DNA of 64,000 nucleotides from an uncultured Clostridia bacterium (GTDB taxonomy: Bacteria > Bacillota > Clostridia > Christensenellales > UBA1242). The notes under the pieces are model-generated. The model was given only the letters and a program-made list of their open reading frames with translations, did not search any database and had not been told where the DNA came from. Shown in pieces: positions 55,866 through 64,000 of this stretch (position 1 is the stretch's first letter; the number at the start of each line of letters is the position of its first letter). Where the stretch lies: positions 43,490 to 107,489 of the forward strand of contig CALWEJ010000001.1 of NCBI GenBank assembly GCA_944377165.1, in the 5' to 3' direction. The position numbers and the translations under genes were made by a program.

Positions 55866-57210
55866 TTTTACCTCCTTTATGGAAGTTTAATTTTTTCGCG
55901 TCAGTATTGTTGAATGCTAAATACATCTTAATAAATAGACGCATAATAGCAAGTGAACAAAGTACACCGACAAAAGGAAGTACAAATATAGCCCAACCAA
56001 AAGATTGTATTCCCATTGATGGCATAAATAAGCAAATGAATCCAGCTACTACAAATAATAAATTAATCATAAAAGTGCGAGCTAAAGATTCTTTTTGTGC
56101 TAGTCTAAATGCTATATATAATTTATTGTCATTTAAATAATGTGCCTTTGCTCTCTCTAAAATAGATATTAGTGATTCCACTGTGACGATATATGCTAAC
56201 ACTATACCAATTATACCGGCAAAATTAATGTGAACATATGGTATTGATTGCAATAAGAACATTGATAATGTTATAAAGAATAACAAGTTAAAGCAAGCAA
56301 CAAGTCCCATTTCTTTATATTTAACAATTAAATACACAAAAGTCGCAATGACGAAGATTATTATAGCGATATATAACAATAAGTCGCTACCCACTCCATA
56401 GCTAGCGGTTATACTAGCACCGTCAACTTGCGTTAAGCTTAAAGGTAAAAGTCCAACTCTAATTTGGTTAGCATAAGTTTTTGCATCTTCCAAAGTAGGA
56501 TTATAAGTTGAACCGTCTGCATTCTCACTAGAACCTAGATTTATTGCAATATATCCGTTTGTTATTGCGCTTTCAATTGTAATACCATTCCCGAATGCTA
56601 AACTATCTCCTAAGAATATATAAAGAGTACCACCGCCTTCTGTTGCTTCAGCGATTTTATTTGCGTCTTTAAATTCAATAGAAATATAATTATAAGTTTC
56701 GCCTGTAGAACTGTCGTATTGACTGCCTGAACCTACATTCGCCACATCTTGAGCCCCGGCGAAAGAATCTTCTATGTTTTCAGACATAGAAAAACTAATC
56801 GTAGCAGGATTGCCTATCAAATTCTTTATTGAATTTTCGTCATCAATAGTTAAAATATTTCCAACTGTGACAACTATATAATCTTCTTCTCCTTGTGAAT
56901 ATTGGCTAACAGTGACGTCGCGATAACCTTCTGAACTCACGATGTCTGCTAGACTATTCATAGTAGATTGTTTTAATTCATCGTAATTACTGCTAGCAGT
57001 ATTGCTATCAGGCAACTCCGCTCTATACACAAACCTGTATGAATCGCTTATATCTTCACCCAACTTAATATTACTTACAAAACTGCTATAAGTGTAATAT
57101 CTGCCATTTATAGAAAAAGGATAAGTAAAATTAACAAATGTAGCTACTAGCAATACAACTAAAATAATTGTGAATAAAGCAAATAAAAATCTAGAACGCT
57201 TTTTAGTCAT
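55858..57210 (-). CDS. secD: protein translocase subunit SecD
   Basis: SecD/F topology. AGGAGA SD before ATG 57210 (MTKKRSRF..). Confidence 0.85.
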   Translation of the reverse strand: MTKKRSRFLFALFTIILVVLLVATFVNFTYPFSINGRYYTYSSFVSNIKLGEDISDSYRFVYRAELPDSNTASSNYDELKQSTMNSLADIVSSEGYRDVTVSQYSQGEEDYIVVTVGNILTIDDENSIKNLIGNPATISFSMSENIEDSFAGAQDVANVGSGSQYDSSTGETYNYISIEFKDANKIAEATEGGGTLYIFLGDSLAFGNGITIESAITNGYIAINLGSSENADGSTYNPTLEDAKTYANQIRVGLLPLSLTQVDGASITASYGVGSDLLLYIAIIIFVIATFVYLIVKYKEMGLVACFNLLFFITLSMFLLQSIPYVHINFAGIIGIVLAYIVTVESLISILERAKAHYLNDNKLYIAFRLAQKESLARTFMINLLFVVAGFICLFMPSMGIQSFGWAIFVLPFVGVLCSLAIMRLFIKMYLAFNNTDAKKLNFHKGGKNA

Positions 57211-57318
57211 AATTTCTCCTAAATTCAAGATTTATTATACCTTAACTTTTATTTTATGTCAAATAAAACAGCGGATAACTAAAAATCTTTATAGAAATTA
57301 TCGACCAAAATTTATAAA

Positions 57319-57717
57319 TTAGACATTTTTACGTCCAATAATATTAAAAATCACTGCAACTATCATAGACGCGATTAATGAGAACAATAAATCATAGACA
57401 AAAGACATATTGAAGGCAAATCCACCATTTAAGATAGAAAAAATTACGAAACTTAAAATAGCATACAAAAGCCCACCGATAATAGACTTAATTAACAAAT
57501 TTCCTTCCGTCCATTTTTTTATAAAAAGTACCATTACAAAGATAGAAAGTGCTTTTATAACGTCGTTTATGTAGCCGATAAAATTGCTTGATAAATCGGT
57601 AAATTTTAGTATTAGTGCCAGTATCACAACACCTATTAATGTAATAACTATTGCGAGTAAGCAAGCTTTTATAATTGCTAAAGTATGTGACGAATTTAAT
57701 GATTTTAATTTCTGCAT
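57319..57717 (-). CDS. small four-TM membrane protein (YrzE/TIGR04086-like)
   Basis: Topology, and synteny between yajC and secDF as in Bacillus. GGAGGGAA SD. Confidence 0.5.
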   Translation of the reverse strand: MQKLKSLNSSHTLAIIKACLLAIVITLIGVVILALILKFTDLSSNFIGYINDVIKALSIFVMVLFIKKWTEGNLLIKSIIGGLLYAILSFVIFSILNGGFAFNMSFVYDLLFSLIASMIVAVIFNIIGRKNV

Positions 57718-57772
57718 ATTCCCTCCTTACTCTAATCTATTTTATAGATAAAAAACTAATACTTAAAATAAA

Positions 57773-57803
57773 GAAAAAAAATAGACTTTTTCAGTCTATT
57801 TTA
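57773..57803 (-). terminator. yajC terminator
   Basis: ATAGACT-TTTTC-AGTCTAT stem plus T8 on the minus strand. Confidence 0.6.
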
Positions 57804-57823
57804 ATAGTTTATGTCGATTAGAA

Positions 57824-58285
57824 CTAGTTTGCCTTTTTAGATTTAGACTTAGTCTTTACGTTTGTCTTCTTCTCTTTATTGTCCGCGTCTTCTTTTACTT
57901 CACTTACCTTTGTTTCAGCAGGAGTCTCGACTTCTTTTACTTCCTCAGTCTTTTCTTCTTTCGGTGCAACTTTGACTACTGTTTTCTTCTCTTGAAGATT
58001 ATTGTCCTTATTATAGACGTAATAAATTGCGTTCGCGTGAACTGTAAAATATCCGACATTTTGTCCACGACCTGTTTTAAGAACAAAGTATTTATATTCT
58101 TCCTCAACGTAAGAATCAACTACTTCGCCAACGACTCCAGTATCAGTCATAACTTTGTCCCCGATTTTTAAATCGTTTCTCATTTGACCTAATTCGGTAT
58201 TGAACTTCTTTTTCTTCATATAACTTACTACAAAAAGTGCAATTACAAGGACTAGTAAAATAACAACAATAATAATTTCTCCCAT
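57824..58285 (-). CDS. yajC: preprotein translocase subunit YajC with a K/E-rich C-terminal extension
   Basis: N-terminal TM helix plus LKIGDKVMTDTGVVGEV core. Confidence 0.8.
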   Translation of the reverse strand: MGEIIIVVILLVLVIALFVVSYMKKKKFNTELGQMRNDLKIGDKVMTDTGVVGEVVDSYVEEEYKYFVLKTGRGQNVGYFTVHANAIYYVYNKDNNLQEKKTVVKVAPKEEKTEEVKEVETPAETKVSEVKEDADNKEKKTNVKTKSKSKKAN

Positions 58286-58311
58286 ATTTTTCCCCTTTTA
58301 AATATGAATAC

Positions 58312-58340
58312 ATATTAACAAAATGATAAGATAAAGTCAA
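58312..58340 (-). promoter_or_regulatory. sigma-A promoter of yajC
   Basis: On the minus strand: TTGACT-17-TAATAT. The leader carries an AAGGGGA SD. Confidence 0.55.
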
Positions 58341-58459
58341 ATTAAATATATAATTTTTTTAATAATTAAATTAAGAATAATTAAATTTTTTAGTAAAAAA
58401 TGTTTTTTTATGTCAAAAATGATTAATTTTCTAAAACTTTTCTAAAATTTTTACATTTT

Positions 58460-59590
<1,131 letters not shown>

Positions 59591-60631
59591 TTACATTATA
59601 AACATACTATCGCCGAAACTAAAAAATCTATACTGATTTTCAACTGCTGTTTCATATAGTTTCATAGTATTATCATAACCAGCAAATGCACAAACTAGCA
59701 TAATTAATGTACTCTTAGGTAAATGGAAATTAGTAATTAGTGCATCTACTACTTTAAATTTATACGGCGGATATATGAATATATTTGTATCTCCTTCCAT
59801 AGCCTGCAAAGGTACACCATATTGTGCAACACTTTCCAAAGTTCTAACAGTAGTCGTACCGACAGCAATAACGCGTCTATTTTCACGTTTAGCAAGGTTA
59901 ATGCGTTCTGCGACTTCTTGCGACAAAGAATAATGCTCTGTGTGCATATCGTGTTTTCGAATGTCTTTTTCTTTACAAGGTCTGAATGTTCCTAATCCTA
60001 CATCTAAGGTAAGTTCTAGTATTTCAACCCCCATATCTTGTATCTTTTGCAACAATTCACGTGTAAAGTGTAAGCCTGCGGTTGGCGCTGCTGCGCTACC
60101 TTCAACTTTGTTATAAACGGTCTGATAGCGCTCCTTATCTTTTAATTTTTCGTGAATATAATGAGGCAAAGGCATACTGCCTACTCTATTTAAAATATCT
60201 TCAAAAACACCATTAAAAATAAATCTAACTATTCTATTTCCGTCTGGCAAAATTTCTAATAACTCGCATTTTAGGTCATCGCTTATTGTTAGTATTGTCC
60301 CTATCTTTACGCGTTTTGCTGGCTTTAATAACACTTCCCAATCAGTTAAGCTCTTTCTTTTTAAAAGTAAAATTTCAACATTAGCACCTGTATCTTTACG
60401 CGCTGTTAAACGTGCCGGTAAAACGCGTGTATTATTTATTACAAGTACATCACCTTTGCGTAAAAATTGTGTTATGTCTTTAAAATGTCTATTATATATT
60501 TCGCTATTATTTCTATCAAAAACTAATAGCCTACTCTCATCGCGCTTATCAAGTGGAGTTTGCGCTATCAATTCTTGAGGAAGATAATAATCGTAAGATT
60601 CTAAGTCATTATAATTAATCGTCTTGCCCAT
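59591..60631 (-). CDS. queA: S-adenosylmethionine:tRNA ribosyltransferase-isomerase
   Basis: [14 protein letters not shown].. N-terminus and [13 protein letters not shown]. Confidence 0.95.
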   Translation of the reverse strand: MGKTINYNDLESYDYYLPQELIAQTPLDKRDESRLLVFDRNNSEIYNRHFKDITQFLRKGDVLVINNTRVLPARLTARKDTGANVEILLLKRKSLTDWEVLLKPAKRVKIGTILTISDDLKCELLEILPDGNRIVRFIFNGVFEDILNRVGSMPLPHYIHEKLKDKERYQTVYNKVEGSAAAPTAGLHFTRELLQKIQDMGVEILELTLDVGLGTFRPCKEKDIRKHDMHTEHYSLSQEVAERINLAKRENRRVIAVGTTTVRTLESVAQYGVPLQAMEGDTNIFIYPPYKFKVVDALITNFHLPKSTLIMLVCAFAGYDNTMKLYETAVENQYRFFSFGDSMFIM

Positions 60632-61670
60632 CTTTATCCTCTTGTATGTCTTCGTTAGACAAAAGATGTTTAGGCACTGGCAAATTAAAATGTTGATAAG
60701 CGAGTTTTGTGACCATTCGTCCCCTGTTTGTACGAATAATGAACCCTAATTGTAAAAGATACGGCTCAACAACATCTTCAATAGTAGAGACTTCTTCATT
60801 CGTCGTCGCCGAAAGAGTTTCAAGTCCAACCGGTCCGCCATCAAATTTCTCTATCATCGCTCTAAGGATACGTTTATCTACATAATCCAAGCCCAAATCA
60901 TCTATATCCATTAAATTTAATGCTTTTTTAGCATCTTCTACATTGATAATATTTTTATCTTCAACTTGAACGAAATCTCGTACACGTTTTAATAGTCTAT
61001 TTGCTATACGTGGAGTACCGCGACTACGTTTTGCTATTTCAGTTGTTGCATCTTTTTCAATCTCAACCCCTAAAATACCAGCTGAACGCGTCAATATTCG
61101 CGCAATTTCGTCAACTGAATATAACTCTAGTCGGCACGAAATTCCAAATCTATCTCTAAGCGGACTTGAAAGATTTCCAGCCTTAGTAGTCGCACCTATT
61201 AGCGTAAAAGGTTGAATCTTGAGTCGCATACTACGTGCGCTAGGGCCTTTACCTACAATAAAGTCAAGTGCGTAATCTTCCATAGCTGGATATAAAATTT
61301 CTTCAACCGATTTTGAAATTCTATGTATTTCGTCTATAAATAAGACATCATTTGCGTTTAAGTTAGTTAAAATTGCTGCTAAATCTGCCGCATTTTCAAT
61401 ACTTGGCCCGCTAGTTAATTTTATTTGTGAACCGATTTCGTTCGCTATAATATGGCTAAGTGTTGTTTTACCCAAGCCGGGCGGTCCATATAATAGCACG
61501 TGGTCAAGTGCTTCTTTCCTTTTCTTTGCTGCTGAAATATAAACTTTAAGATTAGACTTGATTTTTTCTTGCCCAATATATTCGTCGAAAGAAAGTGGTC
61601 TAAGTTTATTCTCGACCTCCACATCGCTCATATTCTTCGTGCTAGAAATAAATCTATCTCTTTCTTCCAT
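60615..61670 (-). CDS. ruvB: Holliday junction branch-migration helicase RuvB
   Basis: LRP..F.EYIGQ, a Walker A (GPPGLGKTT) and Walker B (LFIDEIH). Confidence 0.95.
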   Translation of the reverse strand: MEERDRFISSTKNMSDVEVENKLRPLSFDEYIGQEKIKSNLKVYISAAKKRKEALDHVLLYGPPGLGKTTLSHIIANEIGSQIKLTSGPSIENAADLAAILTNLNANDVLFIDEIHRISKSVEEILYPAMEDYALDFIVGKGPSARSMRLKIQPFTLIGATTKAGNLSSPLRDRFGISCRLELYSVDEIARILTRSAGILGVEIEKDATTEIAKRSRGTPRIANRLLKRVRDFVQVEDKNIINVEDAKKALNLMDIDDLGLDYVDKRILRAMIEKFDGGPVGLETLSATTNEEVSTIEDVVEPYLLQLGFIIRTNRGRMVTKLAYQHFNLPVPKHLLSNEDIQEDKDGQDD

Positions 61671-61677
61671 AACTCTC

Positions 61678-62271
61678 CTATTCGTTGCCTAAATCGTGTA
61701 AAACTTTAGCTACAATTTGCTCTGCGTTATCGCTGTCTTTTGCAACGTCGCGCGCGCGCTTCATCGCGTCATTTTTAGTAAGCCCTAAGCTCGTTAAAAC
61801 GACGACGGCATCTTCCAAATTCTGATTAACACCTATATGAATTGTTTCATTAGGTAAAATGTAATCGAACGGTTTAATCTTATCTTTTAATTCAAGGACT
61901 ATACGTTCCGCGCTCTTTTTACCTATGCCCTTGCATCTAGCAATCACTGACGTATCTTCGTTTATAATACTATTAATTATCGCGCCCATACGTTCAGCAG
62001 ACAATATTTGAATTGCAGTTTTACTACCTATACCGCTAACTGTAATAAGTTGCATAAAAAGTCGTTTTTCTTCTGGACTAACAAATCCATACAAAGTCAT
62101 TTCGTCTTCGCGAACGTGCATATATGTATAGATTTTAACCTCTTCATCAATATTAGGCATATTCGCCATACAACTATTTGTGACAAAAATTTGGAATCCT
62201 ATTCCGTTAGATTCTACAACCACATTATCATAATCTTTTTCACGTAAAATACCTTTTATAAAAGCAATCAT
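61678..62271 (-). CDS. ruvA: Holliday junction DNA-binding protein RuvA
   Basis: MIAFIKGIL.. OB fold and HhH motifs ([19 protein letters not shown]). Confidence 0.9.
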   Translation of the reverse strand: MIAFIKGILREKDYDNVVVESNGIGFQIFVTNSCMANMPNIDEEVKIYTYMHVREDEMTLYGFVSPEEKRLFMQLITVSGIGSKTAIQILSAERMGAIINSIINEDTSVIARCKGIGKKSAERIVLELKDKIKPFDYILPNETIHIGVNQNLEDAVVVLTSLGLTKNDAMKRARDVAKDSDNAEQIVAKVLHDLGNE

Positions 62272-62278
62272 TTTTCAC

Positions 62279-62764
62279 CTATATAGAGTTATCTGTCATA
62301 AAACTATTAGTCTGCATATGACATATGGCGACTGCGAGTGCGTCCGCGGCATCATCTGGCTTAGGTACACTCGATAGCCCTAAAATACTCTTTACCATAA
62401 ATTGAACCTGTTTCTTTTCCGCACGTCCATTCCCAGTAAGCGCCTGTTTTATCTGAAGCGGAGTATATTCAAATAATTTATCAATATATTGCTTACAGGC
62501 GACTATAAGCACTCCACGTGCCTCTGCTACAGGAATTGCGGTTGTATTGTTTGTATTAAAGAACAATTCCTCGAATGCAACCTGCTCGGGTTTAAAAGTT
62601 TCTATCAATTCGCAAGTAGCTCGATAAATAGTGTGTAGTCTTGAACTTATAGACATAGATTTAGGTGTAGTAATAACTCCATAATCTATAACCTTGCACC
62701 CATTTGTGTCAATAACTCCATATCCTATAATATTGTACCCCGGGTCAATACCTAAAATTATCAT
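62279..62764 (-). CDS. ruvC: crossover junction endodeoxyribonuclease RuvC
   Basis: IILGIDPG.. and the ..DAADALAVAICH.. catalytic acidic residues. Confidence 0.9.
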   Translation of the reverse strand: MIILGIDPGYNIIGYGVIDTNGCKVIDYGVITTPKSMSISSRLHTIYRATCELIETFKPEQVAFEELFFNTNNTTAIPVAEARGVLIVACKQYIDKLFEYTPLQIKQALTGNGRAEKKQVQFMVKSILGLSSVPKPDDAADALAVAICHMQTNSFMTDNSI

Positions 62765-62771
62765 AATCTGC

Positions 62772-63365
62772 CTATGCTATTTCTTTTAACCTTTCTACAA
62801 GCGAACTCGTTAATGAATACAATTCACCAAATTTAGTACTATTCTCGTCAACCATATTTCTTTTTACGTTATAATCACTTATTAGACTTTCTATGCGGTC
62901 GAGAATTGTCTTAATATTATGTACCTGTCGTTTATACATTTTTAAAATGATTTCAGGTGTTTCTTCGTCAATTAATGATTTAAATTCTTTCCTTAACGAC
63001 ATAAACGATTGTTTGTATTCTGTTTTTAAAGAGCCACATTCTTTTAATGCAACCTTATAATTGTCGCAAGTTGAATTAAAATCTTTATTTAGACTAACAA
63101 TTTCGTCATTGATGCGCTTAATACGTGATTTTTGACTGTTAAAAGCCTTTTCACGTTCACTCTTTTTCAATTTTGAAATATCTTGAGTAAGCGCGGATAA
63201 ATCATTCTTACAATCAATTAATTTTTGGAAATATTCGGTTAAATTAGCGCGATAATCCTCTGCAGTAATTAATGACGCATTATAAAGCGAAAAAAGCGCA
63301 GACAATTCGCTACGATTAGAATTTAATTTATCAATAATTCCATTCAATGTATCTATATTACTCAT
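62772..63365 (-). CDS. uncharacterised coiled-coil protein (197 aa)
   Basis: Heptad-rich, no recognisable motif. ATG 63365 overlaps the yebC stop (GATGAGTAA), with a GAGGAA SD inside yebC. Confidence 0.5.
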   Translation of the reverse strand: MSNIDTLNGIIDKLNSNRSELSALFSLYNASLITAEDYRANLTEYFQKLIDCKNDLSALTQDISKLKKSEREKAFNSQKSRIKRINDEIVSLNKDFNSTCDNYKVALKECGSLKTEYKQSFMSLRKEFKSLIDEETPEIILKMYKRQVHNIKTILDRIESLISDYNVKRNMVDENSTKFGELYSLTSSLVERLKEIA

Positions 63366-64000
63366 CGCTTTCCTCGAGATTGTGAATGACATCAATTACG
63401 TCGTCACTTTCGTTCAATTTATCTACCATTTTATTAAATGTTTCGCATTGAGATTCGCTAAGTTTAACATAATTTTGCGGTACCATTTCAACCCCAGATG
63501 ATAGAATAGTACAGCCAGCTTGCTCAAAAGCGGTCACAAGGTCATTAACTGCGTTTGCGTTTGCCTCAGTGTAAACCGTAAATACTTCGTCATCTTCGCA
63601 ATCTATTGCGTTCATATTAATTGCTAGTTCCATAGCGCTATCTGAGTCAAATTTATCGTTCTTCTCTACTACGACCACACCTTTATTATCAAACATATAT
63701 GATACACAACCGGTTGACCCTAGACTACCACCATATTTATCGAAAGCATATCTAACGTCACTACTCGTTCGATTCTTATTATCCGTATAACATTTAACGA
63801 CTACCGCGACTCCGCCTACGCCATAACCCTCATAAGTCTGCTCAACGAAAGCACTGCTATCTATTTCGCTGTTCTTTTTAATAATGTTATTAATTCTATC
63901 ATTTGGCATATTATATTGACGTGCCTTTGCAATTGCCATTTTTAATTTACTATTAGAATCAATGCTTGGTCCGCCCTCTTTTACTGCGACCATAATCTCA
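63358..64000 (-). CDS. yebC: YebC/PmpR-family DNA-binding regulator (N-terminus outside window)
   Basis: ..YEGYGVGGVAVVV..TDN.NRT..DVR.. family core. The frame stays open to the window edge. Confidence 0.85.
   Translation of the reverse strand, partial: EIMVAVKEGGPSIDSNSKLKMAIAKARQYNMPNDRINNIIKKNSEIDSSAFVEQTYEGYGVGGVAVVVKCYTDNKNRTSSDVRYAFDKYGGSLGSTGCVSYMFDNKGVVVVEKNDKFDSDSAMELAINMNAIDCEDDEVFTVYTEANANAVNDLVTAFEQAGCTILSSGVEMVPQNYVKLSESQCETFNKMVDKLNESDDVIDVIHNLEESDE

Overview
This 64-kb window comes from a very AT-rich chromosome (roughly 25-30% G+C by eye, not computed). It uses the standard code: TGA is a stop, as in the miaB/mutS ATGA overlap. The organism is an endospore-forming, Clostridia-like Firmicute. 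Content is almost entirely core housekeeping: proS (3' end), comEC-holA, rpsT, murI-glmS, a class A PBP, miaB-mutS-mutL-miaA-ynbB, serS, a lone Xer-like tyrosine recombinase, lexA, a PadR/ABC-2 module and tRNA-Trp-rnhA. It continues with rny, nifS-thiI, the sporulation genes yunB, spoVAC/AD/AE and spoIIAA-spoIIAB-sigF, and a six-tRNA cluster. The rest is an rluD-like/nfo-like/cls-like operon, a plsC/S1-domain operon, rluB, dacB-like, ytfJ, scpAB, an M50 protease, recJ, secDF, yajC, tgt-queA, ruvCAB and yebC (partial). I saw no CRISPR array, prophage, transposase or defence island. The unusual signals are non-coding or architectural. (1) A 0.9-kb ORF-free convergent spacer (18.3-19.3 kb) holds a perfect 16-6-16 palindrome built like a tyrosine-recombinase core site and a cluster of DnaA boxes. 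(2) Copies of the palindrome arm bracket serS in inverted orientation, and one lies inside the promoter of the adjacent Xer-like recombinase. (3) Gene polarity flips at about 26.8 kb (18 of 21 CDS on + to the left, 38 of 39 on - to the right), suggesting the replication terminus is nearby. (4) Near-consensus sigma-A promoters repeatedly end 5-10 nt before an ATG/GTG with no Shine-Dalgarno, implying widespread leaderless mRNAs and correcting several ORF-track starts. (5) Tandem perfect Spo0A boxes abut one such promoter. (6) The cardiolipin-synthase-like protein has lost both HKD motifs. All calls rest on reading the sequence and recalling family motifs; no searches or computations were run.
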